Source: a bacterium
GTDB lineage: Bacteria > Acidobacteriota > Blastocatellia > HR10
Direction: 5' to 3'
Assembly: GCA_041640655.1 (NCBI GenBank)
Contig: JBEPZV010000060.1
Span: forward strand, 1 to 14,007
Length of the DNA: 14,007 nucleotides
The number at the start of each line of letters is the position of its first letter. Positions within the stretch are counted from its first letter, which is position 1. Below the pieces are notes generated by a model, which saw nothing but the letters and a program-made list of their open reading frames with translations, had not been told where the DNA came from and made no database searches. Positions 1-7,731 of this stretch are shown in pieces. The position numbers and the translations under genes were made by a program.

Positions 1-18
1 GTACTCAAACGCGCGCAT
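1..18 (-). CDS. 5' end (partial) of probable FAD-binding subunit of the molybdoenzyme (PaoB/YagS/CoxM-like)
   Basis: Minus strand reads AGGGAGGGAGCC-ATG CGC GCG TTT GAG TAC (MRAFEY) with a strong RBS, overlapping the large-subunit stop. MxxFEY is the typical N-terminus of xanthine-oxidase-family FAD subunits. Only 6 codons are visible. Confidence 0.65.
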
Positions 19-2176
19 GGCTCCCTCCCTTCTTCGCCAGGGCTTCCAGAACCCGATCCGGCGTGAGCGGCAAAAACGGAACGCGCACGCCGATGGCATT
101 GGCAACCGCGTTGGAGATGGCCGCTCCTGGGGAGATCACCGGCGGCTCTCCAAGCCCGATGACTCCCCGCCGATCGTACTTCTCGCCGGTCATCATGTGC
201 ACGACCAGCTCGCCGATGTCGGCCAAACCCGCCAGCTTGTAGAACTCCATGTTGGGGTTGAGCATCCGCCCGGTGACCGGGTCCAGGACCTTCTCCTCAA
301 AGAGCGCGTAGCTGATGCCCATGATCATGCCGCCGTAGCACTGACTCTCGGCCGTCTTCATGTTGATGATCAGCCCGCAATCTTGAACGGCGACCATCTT
401 GTTGATGCGCACGATGCCCGTCTCGATATCCACGGAGACGTCAGCCATCTGCACGCCGGCCGCTCCGGCCGTCGTCAACTCGCCCGGTCCGGGATTCTCG
501 CCCCGCACCGTGAGCGGTATACCGTTGAGGCGCGCGCATGCCTGCTCCCAGGCGATCGAGCGGCTCGGATCGCCCTTGACGCGGATGCGCCCCTCCCACG
601 CCTCCAACTGCTCGGGCGCGGCATTGAGCAGCGGGGCGACACGGGCGAACATCTGATCCAAAGCGTCAAGCGCCGCGCGACGCGCCGCCGAGCTGACGCC
701 GCCGATCGTCGTGCTGCCGCCAGATCCACCGGCTGGCGGATATTGGTTATCCCCGATGCGCACTCGAACGGCGTCCAGCGGGAGCCCCAGCGTATCCGCG
801 ACCACGATGGCGATCGCCGTGCGCGTTCCTGTGCCCAAGTCCTGCGAGCCGAGCTTCACCTCGACCGAGCCATCCGGATAGATGGTCAGATCGCATCGGC
901 ACGCATGGCCGCGTCCGGGCCAGGTGTGAATCGAGACGCCGAGTCCGCGCTTGATCGGTCCGGGCGACGGATCGCCTCGCGGATGCCACTTCTTCTTCCA
1001 CTCCATCAATTCCGCCGCGATCTGCAGCTCCTCTCGATAGACGTCGGCACGCTCGCCCGCCAGCTCGATGTTCTTCAAGAGCAAATCGAGCGGATCCATG
1101 CGCAACTCGGCCGCGAGATCGTCGAGCGCGGCCATCGTGAGCAAACAGGCCTGCGGGTGTAGCGGCGCACGCCAGGCTCGCGCCGGCCCACTGTTGGTCA
1201 CAATGGCGATATGTCGCTTCCGTTGGTTCGGAATGCGCAACACATACGGCAGCGGCAGCGCGCTCGTCGGGGGGATGCCTCCCGTCCCCCAGGTCTCGGA
1301 CTCCCAGGCGATCACCGTCCCATCGCGCTTCGCTCCCACGCGCACGCGCCCGTAGTACGACGGTCGAGCTCCGGCGACCATCAACTCCGCGTCCCGCTCG
1401 AGCATGATCTTCACCGGCTGCCCTCCGGCCATCTTCGAGAGCCGCGCGGCCGCGATCCCCCAACTATCCGGACCGAACTTGCTGCCGAATCCCCCGCCGA
1501 TGTGATCCTGCTTCACGCGAATATTGCTCGCGGGAACGCCCAGCGGCCCGGCCATCTGCCCCGCGATCCCGGAGACGGCTTGCGTCGAGATATGGACGAG
1601 CACCTGATTCTCTCCCTCCCATTCGACGACAGATCCATGTGCCTCCAAACAGCAGTGCGTGATGAGCGGCATCCCATAGACGCCCTCGACGACGACCTCC
1701 GCCTCACGAAACGCCGCATCGGGATCCCCCTCGATCTGCTCGGCCGTCGGACGCGCTCGCTCGCCCGCCGCCTTCGGATCCATGTCCAGAACGTAGTGCG
1801 GGAGCTTCTCATATTCGACGACGATGGCGCGAATGGCGTCTTCAGCCGTGGGTTCATCCACGGCGGCGACGGCGACGACCTCATCGCCGGCCCACAAGAT
1901 CTCATCCCCCACCTTCTTCAAGGGGAGCACAGCCCGGACGCCCGGCATCTTCTCCGCCGCGCTCGTGTCCAAACGGACGATCCGCGCATGCGCATGCGGG
2001 CAACGCAGGATCTTCCCGGCGAGCATCCCCGGGCGATTCACGTCGTAGGTGTACTTGGCCCGCCCCGTCACCTTCTCCGGACCGTCCACGCGCGAGACAC
2101 GCGCGCCGATCAAGCGCCGTCGTTCCGGCTCCGGCCACTTGTACTCCGCGACCTCCACGCGACTTCGCTCAGCCAT
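5..2176 (-). CDS. Xanthine dehydrogenase family molybdopterin-binding large subunit (PaoC/YagR-like aldehyde oxidoreductase)
   Basis: 723 aa with RVDGPEKVTGRAKY, hammerhead PHAHARI, GGGFGSK, WRAP, QDLGTG, SGGS, QDCG and GLGEPP (catalytic Glu), and AISNAVANAIGVR-LPLTP. RBS GAGGAGGG precedes the ATG. Confidence 0.93.
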   Translation of the reverse strand: MAERSRVEVAEYKWPEPERRRLIGARVSRVDGPEKVTGRAKYTYDVNRPGMLAGKILRCPHAHARIVRLDTSAAEKMPGVRAVLPLKKVGDEILWAGDEVVAVAAVDEPTAEDAIRAIVVEYEKLPHYVLDMDPKAAGERARPTAEQIEGDPDAAFREAEVVVEGVYGMPLITHCCLEAHGSVVEWEGENQVLVHISTQAVSGIAGQMAGPLGVPASNIRVKQDHIGGGFGSKFGPDSWGIAAARLSKMAGGQPVKIMLERDAELMVAGARPSYYGRVRVGAKRDGTVIAWESETWGTGGIPPTSALPLPYVLRIPNQRKRHIAIVTNSGPARAWRAPLHPQACLLTMAALDDLAAELRMDPLDLLLKNIELAGERADVYREELQIAAELMEWKKKWHPRGDPSPGPIKRGLGVSIHTWPGRGHACRCDLTIYPDGSVEVKLGSQDLGTGTRTAIAIVVADTLGLPLDAVRVRIGDNQYPPAGGSGGSTTIGGVSSAARRAALDALDQMFARVAPLLNAAPEQLEAWEGRIRVKGDPSRSIAWEQACARLNGIPLTVRGENPGPGELTTAGAAGVQMADVSVDIETGIVRINKMVAVQDCGLIINMKTAESQCYGGMIMGISYALFEEKVLDPVTGRMLNPNMEFYKLAGLADIGELVVHMMTGEKYDRRGVIGLGEPPVISPGAAISNAVANAIGVRVPFLPLTPDRVLEALAKKGGSHARV

Positions 2177-2179
2177 AGC

Positions 2180-2800
2180 TCACCCTCCTCTCTGCATCCG
2201 CGCGGCCTGCGCGATGGCCGCCCGAATCCCCACATAGGTTCCGCAGCGACAGAGGTTCCCCCCCAATCCCCGCACCAGATCTTCCGGCGTGGGATTGGGC
2301 GTGCGATCCAGGAGCGCCTTGCAGGCGACGACGAATCCGGGCGTGCAGAAGCCGCATTGCAACGCGTCATTCTCGATGAACGCTTGCTGAATCGGATGCA
2401 ATCGCCCCTCTTGCATGAGTCCCTCTACGGTGGTGATCGCCCTCCCTTGCGCCTCGATCGCGAGCACGGAACAGGCGTAGACGGGCTTCCCGTCCAGAAG
2501 CACTGTGCAAGCCCCACACGTCCCGCGATCGCACACGCGCTTGGCGCCCGTCAGATCGAATGCATTCCGCAGCGCATCGAGCAGCGTCACGCGCGGCTCC
2601 AGTTCCGCCCGATACGTCTTCCCGTTGATGGTGAACGTCATGGGGACTTTCCCGGGGCCGAAGACTTTCACCTCCGCTCCGGCGACCCGGAGCACGCGCG
2701 GCCCCGCGATGAGCGGGACCGTGAGCGTGATCCCCGAGACCTTCAAGAAATCGCGTCGAGAAAGGCTCCCCGTCTTCACGTTCGGCACCTCTTTCCCCAT
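2180..2800 (-). CDS. (2Fe-2S)-binding small subunit with twin-arginine signal (PaoA/YagT-like)
   Basis: N-terminal SRRDFLK, cluster motifs CDRGTCGACTV..YAC and QCGFCTPG..NLCRCGTY, RBS GAGGAGGAGG. Confidence 0.93.
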   Translation of the reverse strand: MGKEVPNVKTGSLSRRDFLKVSGITLTVPLIAGPRVLRVAGAEVKVFGPGKVPMTFTINGKTYRAELEPRVTLLDALRNAFDLTGAKRVCDRGTCGACTVLLDGKPVYACSVLAIEAQGRAITTVEGLMQEGRLHPIQQAFIENDALQCGFCTPGFVVACKALLDRTPNPTPEDLVRGLGGNLCRCGTYVGIRAAIAQAARMQRGG

Positions 2801-2833
2801 AACTGTGACCTCCTCCTCTCGACCTCCACGTCC

Positions 2834-3292
2834 TCAATAGGTCACGGGGGTCTCCTCAAGCGCCAACTCCTTCTGGCAACACGGACACGGGCCCGGCACT
2901 GAGGACGTGATCTGACACACATCACACACGTAGGCGATGTCATAGAGTCGTCCGTCTCGAATCAGGCGGACGCGGATACTCTCCAACCGATCCCCCTCAT
3001 GACGAAGGGCTGTGACCTGCAGCTCGCGAGCGCGCAGGCGCGGATCCGCGTACAGAGCGACCGCCAGATCGTTCGGGAGGAAGACGAAGACCTGACCGCT
3101 CGTCGTGCGAATCCCCACGCATTCGGAGGGACACGAGCCGTCGCGCTCAGCGGCAGAACTCACGCAGACGAATCGCCCGCGAACCGTGATCGGCGGGAGA
3201 GCCGCTGAAAGCGGGAGAGCGAGGCTGCTCCCCATAGCGAGCACGGCCAACACGCCCGCGCCCAGACCAGATCTTCGAGCATGTGCACTCAC
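2834..3292 (-). CDS. Secreted Cys-rich hypothetical protein with C-terminal heavy-metal-binding-like motif
   Basis: GTG start with G/A-rich RBS, signal-peptide-like N-terminus (..LAVLAMGSSLALPLSAA), and C-terminal YVCDVCQITSSVPGPCPCCQKEL. Confidence 0.75.
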   Translation of the reverse strand: MSAHARRSGLGAGVLAVLAMGSSLALPLSAALPPITVRGRFVCVSSAAERDGSCPSECVGIRTTSGQVFVFLPNDLAVALYADPRLRARELQVTALRHEGDRLESIRVRLIRDGRLYDIAYVCDVCQITSSVPGPCPCCQKELALEETPVTY

Positions 3293-3323
3293 CGTCCCCC
3301 TCTCCCCCCGTCAGCGGGCCTTG

Positions 3324-3353
3324 ATCTTACCGAAAGAGGGCAGACACTGTCAA
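3324..3353 (-). promoter_or_regulatory. Sigma70-type promoter for the Cys-rich protein/molybdoenzyme operon
   Basis: Minus strand TTGACA (3353-3348), 18-nt spacer, TAAGAT (3329-3324), in the intergenic gap about 30 nt upstream of the GTG at 3292. Confidence 0.7.
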
Positions 3354-3380
3354 TGTGGCCGCAAGGCGCGACCCCGCAGC

Positions 3381-4508
3381 TCACGAGGACGGAGCATCCG
3401 GACGCAGATCCTCGAGCGTGAGGTACCCGATGATATACCCCTCCGAATCGAGCACCGCGCTGGCGCCCAATCCGTTCCCGCGCAATAAGCGATGCGCATC
3501 CCAGAGCGATGTCTCCGGGTGAACGAACATCGTGGGGCCGACGGGCCACATGACTTCACGAACCGTCGTCTGCGCCCATCGCTCGCGCGGGAGCGCGTGA
3601 AGCGAGGGGACGAGTAAGATCCCATGTAGCCGCCGGTCCCGTGACACGGGAAACGTGCGGCTCCGGTGCGCGGGCAGAATGCGCGAGATCACTTCCTCGA
3701 TGGTCATCTCCGGGGGCAACAGAGCGGGAGGGGCCGTCATGACATCGGCGACACGAATCCGCCGCATCTGTTCCACCCGCGCGAGCGAGAGCCGACTCGT
3801 CTCGGCCACATCTCGCAGGAAGATCCCGATCAAGATGGACCACGCTCCGGCGAAGAGATCGGCGCCCGTTCGCGCGCGCAACACCCAGAAGATGCCCAGG
3901 CCAATGAGCAAATAGGCGATGCCCTGCCCGATGCCGATAGCCCACCGACTGGCCCGCCAATAATCCCCCCACCGTGCCCACAACCATGCGCGGAATATCC
4001 GCCCCCCATCGAGCGGGAATCCCGGAAGCAGATTGAAGAGCGCGAGAATGAGATTCGAGAGGGCCAGGTAGTTCGTGATGAGCGCCGCCGGACGCGAGTC
4101 GAAGAGGTGAATGCTCACCTGATTGAGCAGGAAGAACGCGACGGCATAGAGGAAGCTCGCGCTCGGGCCGGCGACGGCGATGCGAAATTCCGCGCCCGGC
4201 GTGTGCGCCTCATGCTCGAACCGAGCCAATCCCCCAAACAGATGCAGCGTGATATCAGAGATGCGCAGGCCCTCGGCGCGCGCGACCAAGGCGTGTCCGA
4301 CTTCATGCCCGAGCACCGAGAGGAAGAGCAGGAGCGTCGTGATCCCCCCAAGCGCCCAGTACGCGAGCGGATGGAAGCCGTGCAGATGCCGCGGGAGATA
4401 GAAGACCGAGACGGCATAGACATGCAACAGGACGACGGGAAGCCACCCGTAGCTCACCCGAATCGGGATGCGGAAGAGCGTCGCGATCTGAACGGGTCTC
4501 AACCGCAC
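3381..4508 (-). CDS. Site-2 protease (peptidase M50) with C-terminal CBS pair
   Basis: HEVGH zinc motif, IAVAGP, FNLLPGFPLDGGR, several TM segments, and CBS-like C-terminus (VADVMT..., TVREVM..., VLDSEGYIIGYLT). Confidence 0.92.
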   Translation of the reverse strand: MRLRPVQIATLFRIPIRVSYGWLPVVLLHVYAVSVFYLPRHLHGFHPLAYWALGGITTLLLFLSVLGHEVGHALVARAEGLRISDITLHLFGGLARFEHEAHTPGAEFRIAVAGPSASFLYAVAFFLLNQVSIHLFDSRPAALITNYLALSNLILALFNLLPGFPLDGGRIFRAWLWARWGDYWRASRWAIGIGQGIAYLLIGLGIFWVLRARTGADLFAGAWSILIGIFLRDVAETSRLSLARVEQMRRIRVADVMTAPPALLPPEMTIEEVISRILPAHRSRTFPVSRDRRLHGILLVPSLHALPRERWAQTTVREVMWPVGPTMFVHPETSLWDAHRLLRGNGLGASAVLDSEGYIIGYLTLEDLRPDAPSS

Positions 4509-4546
4509 CGCCCTTCTCCCTATGACGCGCGGATGACGGCGAGAGG

Positions 4547-5053
4547 CTACGACGAGGGAGGCGATCGAGGCACCGAGGGCGCCGAAGAGCCGTTCGAAGA
4601 GGCTGCCGGATGCAAGCCCAATCGGTAGAGCGCCTGCGCCGTCGGGTATCCCGTCACCTCGATCCCTTCGGCCTGCTGAAAGCGCTTCATGGCCTCGACC
4701 GTGCGCGCGTCGTAAACGCCCGTCGGAGAGCCCTCCAGGAAGCCCCGTTCGATCAAGGCCAACTGGATCTCTCGCACGCGCTCGCGAGGGATCAAGCCTC
4801 CAGGACGCAGAACGAGACGGCGCGCCGTTCGCCGGCGCGTCGAGGCCCGACTCCGCCGCTTGGTGGCGCGTTGCGACCGCATCGCGGACGCGCGCGAGCG
4901 CGCCGCCGGCTTCCGCGAGTGCCGCGCCTTCGAGCGCGCGCTCTGTTGCTGAGCGAGCGCTCCTCCCTCAAGTCCCTCCCCGATCGGGACTGCCGGAGAG
5001 AGCAAAAGAAACACTCCGATGCTAGCCGCAATCCGAACGCTCGCCCTCATCAC
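4547..5053 (-). CDS. Exported peptidoglycan-binding domain protein (PG_binding_1-like)
   Basis: Signal peptide, Arg/Lys/Ser-rich linker, then RVREIQLALIERGFLEGSPTGVYDARTVEAMKRFQQAEGIEVTG. The start may be GTG 5053 or ATG 5050, with RBS AGGAGAGG. Confidence 0.85.
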   Translation of the reverse strand: MMRASVRIAASIGVFLLLSPAVPIGEGLEGGALAQQQSARSKARHSRKPAARSRASAMRSQRATKRRSRASTRRRTARRLVLRPGGLIPRERVREIQLALIERGFLEGSPTGVYDARTVEAMKRFQQAEGIEVTGYPTAQALYRLGLHPAASSNGSSAPSVPRSPPSS

Positions 5054-5060
5054 GCCTCTC

Positions 5061-6587
5061 CTAGGGGATCGTCCCCGAGAGGACGGAGCGGCTCGGCCCC
5101 AAACCGCGATGGGCGCGCGCGACGATCATCACCACATCGTCGCCCGACTTCAGCCCCTCGAAGATCCGCGCGACGTCCTCCGGCTTATGAATCTCCCGCC
5201 GATTGATCGAGAGGATCACGTCGCCCGGCATGAGGCCGAGCGATTCGGCGAGACTCTCTTCCTCGATGTCGCCGACGACCGCTCCGCGCGTCGCCCCCAG
5301 CTTGAGGGCCTCGGCCACATGGGGCGTCACCGGTTCCAGGGTCGCGCCCAGGCGCGGAGGTCCCGCCGACTTCTTCTCCTCCGGCGGTTGACCGTTCCGC
5401 CCGCGAGGTTCCTCCCCGCGATCGGCGAGCGACGGACGGACACCGAGCTTGACGCTGGTCGTGTACTCGCGCCCGTCGCGAATGTACTTCACCCGCACCG
5501 TGCGTCCCACCTCCAGTGAGGCCACGCGTCGCGTGAGATCACGACTGTCTCGCACCGGCTCGCCATCAATCTCCACGATGATGTCGCCCGTCTGCAACCC
5601 CGCGCGCGCGGCCGGACTCTCCGGATCCGTGACGCTCTCCACGAGCGCGCCCTGCGGCTCCTTCAATCCGTTCATCCGCGCGATCTGCGGCGTCACCGGC
5701 TTCACATAGACGCCCAAATACCCTCGCGCCACGCGACCGCGACGGACGAGCTGATTGTAGACCTCCACGGCCAGGGACGACGGGAGCGCGAACCCCACGC
5801 CGTTGAAATAGCCGGTGCTCGTCGAAATCTGCGTGTTGATGCCGACGACTTCCCCCTTCAGGTTGACGAGCGGCCCTCCCGAGTTCCCGGGATTGATCGC
5901 GGCATCCGTCTGCAAGAAGCGCTGAAAGGGCGCATTCTCCCCATCGGTGACGCGATCCTTCGCGCTGATGATGCCGGCAGTCACCGTCTGTTCGAGGCCG
6001 AAGGGGCTGCCGATGGCGAGCACCCAATCGCCGACCCGCAGCTTATTCGAATCCCCCATGCGCGCAGAGGGGAAGGGCTCGCTTCGCGTGATCTTGATCA
6101 CGGCCAAGTCCGTCTCCGGGTCCACGCCGATCACCTCCGGCGTGTAGGTCCGACCGTCGAACGTCTTGACGCGAATCGTGGACGCACCCCGAATGACGTG
6201 ATAGTTGGTGAGGATATACCCCTCCGGGTCCACGATCACCCCTGATCCCGTCCCGCGACGCGGCCGACTGCGAGGACCGAAGAAGAAATCGAACGGATCG
6301 TCCGCGCGTCGCCCCGCTCGCGCCGCTTCCGTCTCGATGTGCACGACCGCGGGCTCCACCTGGCGCGCGACGTGCGCGAACGCCTCCGAGAGCGCGAGCG
6401 CCGTCGCGAGCGCGCCCGTGGGCGGGACACTCTCATCGCTCACCTGCAGCAGTCGCGCCGACTGCCGAGCGGACGTCCCACCGGAGATCCACATCCCCAA
6501 TCCCACGCCGAGGATCACACTGAGGCTGAACCCGATCGGCATCGCCCAGCGCCGCCTCGGCGAAGGACTCACAGACACGTGTTCCAT
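5061..6587 (-). CDS. Do/DegP (HtrA) family serine endoprotease with two PDZ domains
   Basis: GSGVIV, LTNYHV, DLAVIK, QTDAAINPGNSGGPL, two PDZ domains and an N-terminal TM/signal. Start reassigned to ATG 6587 (RBS GAGGGAGG) instead of the ORF-track start at 6806. Confidence 0.93.
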   Translation of the reverse strand: MEHVSVSPSPRRRWAMPIGFSLSVILGVGLGMWISGGTSARQSARLLQVSDESVPPTGALATALALSEAFAHVARQVEPAVVHIETEAARAGRRADDPFDFFFGPRSRPRRGTGSGVIVDPEGYILTNYHVIRGASTIRVKTFDGRTYTPEVIGVDPETDLAVIKITRSEPFPSARMGDSNKLRVGDWVLAIGSPFGLEQTVTAGIISAKDRVTDGENAPFQRFLQTDAAINPGNSGGPLVNLKGEVVGINTQISTSTGYFNGVGFALPSSLAVEVYNQLVRRGRVARGYLGVYVKPVTPQIARMNGLKEPQGALVESVTDPESPAARAGLQTGDIIVEIDGEPVRDSRDLTRRVASLEVGRTVRVKYIRDGREYTTSVKLGVRPSLADRGEEPRGRNGQPPEEKKSAGPPRLGATLEPVTPHVAEALKLGATRGAVVGDIEEESLAESLGLMPGDVILSINRREIHKPEDVARIFEGLKSGDDVVMIVARAHRGLGPSRSVLSGTIP

Positions 6588-6621
6588 GTTCGCCTCCCTC
6601 GCATCATGCTCGTGCCCCTTC

Positions 6622-6630
6622 ATTATACCA
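6622..6630 (-). promoter_or_regulatory. Extended -10 promoter for the degP operon
   Basis: Minus strand TGGTATAAT (TGn + perfect TATAAT) 35 nt upstream of the degP ATG. No good -35. Confidence 0.65.
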
Positions 6631-6682
6631 GATGCGCTCGGAAGCACACATGCGCGCGCTCGGTGCGCGTCGAGAGCGGGAT

Positions 6683-6712
6683 TTGACAGATGCGTGCCCC
6701 ATCTGGTAGCTT
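6683..6712 (+). promoter_or_regulatory. Sigma70-type promoter for the Lol-like operon, with an inverted repeat in the spacer
   Basis: TTGACA (6683-6688), 18 nt, TGG-TAGCTT (6707-6712). CAGATG-N7-CATCTG lies at 6687-6705. Confidence 0.65.
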
Positions 6713-6729
6713 GCATGTTTCGGCAGGCG

Positions 6730-7731
6730 GTGAACGCGGGGCTCTGCAAGAGACTCAGCAAAAGTGGAGCGATCCTCCTCCTCGCGTGGGGATCTTTGTT
6801 TAGCATCGGTTGTGGTCTGATCTCGCGTCAGGTCACGGTGCCCCAATTGGTCGCTCCGCTGAGCACGGCGACGCCGGAGGACTTGCTCGCGCGGTTGAAT
6901 GATTTCCAACGATTGCGCACGCTCTCGGCGCGCGTGGCGATCCAGTTTCAAACCGAGGCGCCGGAGGTGGGGCTCGGCCGGCGCTACCGCACGGCTGATG
7001 GCCGATTGATCCTGGCGCGCCCGGCCCGCGTGCGCCTGCTCATCCAGGCGCCGGTGGTGAAGACGACCATCGCTGAATTGGCCTCGGATGGTCACCGCTT
7101 CCAACTCCTCGTCTATCCGGAAGACCATCGCCTCTTCGTCGAAGGCTCGAACGATCGTGACTACGCCGAGCGCGAAGAGGCGCTGCAACGCGACCCACAG
7201 TGGCGCGACGTCGGATCGCTCCGCCATGTCCGCCCGCAACACCTCACCGAAGCGCTGCTGTGGGAGCCCGTGAACGCCGCCGATTCGCACCTCCTCACGA
7301 CGATGGAGGAGTTTCGACAGATCGAGCAGGAACGCGTGCCGGGACAGAAGCCACGCTCGGTCATCCGCAGCTACTACATCGTCTCGCTGCTGGAACCGGT
7401 GGGACCGAACCGCGCCCGCATCCGGAGGAAATTCTGGTTCGATCGCACGCGCGGCCTGCTCCTGGTGCGCCAGCAGGTCTTCGGCGACGCCGGTGAGATC
7501 CGCAGCGAGATCTCCTACGAGGAATTCGCGACCATCCCGAACGCTTCATATCTCATCCCGACGGAGATCCGAATTGCGCGCCCCTACGATCGGTATTCCG
7601 TCCGCCTGGGGCTGGACCGCACGAGCCTGGTGGTGAACGGCGAGGTCTCGGACGCGCTCTTCCGACTGGAGAAGCCCGCCGAGTGGGGGGATGCGGTCCG
7701 CGTCATTGACCTCGATCGAAGAGGGAACTGA
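6730..7731 (+). CDS. Predicted lipoprotein with LolA/LolB-like (DUF4292-like) fold
   Basis: Basic n-region, hydrophobic h-region and lipobox-like SIG-C. LolA-like segments LILARPARVRL..ASDGHRFQL, KFWFDR.., and C-terminal VNGEVSDALFRLEKP. Start is GTG 6730 or ATG 6715. The longer ORF-track start overlaps degP. Confidence 0.7.
   Translation: MNAGLCKRLSKSGAILLLAWGSLFSIGCGLISRQVTVPQLVAPLSTATPEDLLARLNDFQRLRTLSARVAIQFQTEAPEVGLGRRYRTADGRLILARPARVRLLIQAPVVKTTIAELASDGHRFQLLVYPEDHRLFVEGSNDRDYAEREEALQRDPQWRDVGSLRHVRPQHLTEALLWEPVNAADSHLLTTMEEFRQIEQERVPGQKPRSVIRSYYIVSLLEPVGPNRARIRRKFWFDRTRGLLLVRQQVFGDAGEIRSEISYEEFATIPNASYLIPTEIRIARPYDRYSVRLGLDRTSLVVNGEVSDALFRLEKPAEWGDAVRVIDLDRRGN

Noticed and set aside
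5..2176. Aerobic CO dehydrogenase CoxL
   Set aside because: Lacks the AYxCSFR/AYxGAGR active-site loop and has WRAPLHPQ instead.
17..2902. Long plus-strand ORFs (17-1162, 1211-2902) antisense to the molybdoenzyme genes
   Set aside because: Shadow ORFs typical of high-GC DNA, with no recognisable motifs and fully overlapping well-supported genes.
3666..5519. Plus-strand ORFs antisense to the S2P, PG-binding and degP genes
   Set aside because: Low-complexity Arg/Ala-rich translations with no independent support.
6205..6806. Apparent 600-bp head-to-head overlap of the degP and lipoprotein ORFs
   Set aside because: Artefact of longest-ORF calling. RBS, signal peptides and promoters place the starts at 6587 (-) and about 6730 (+).
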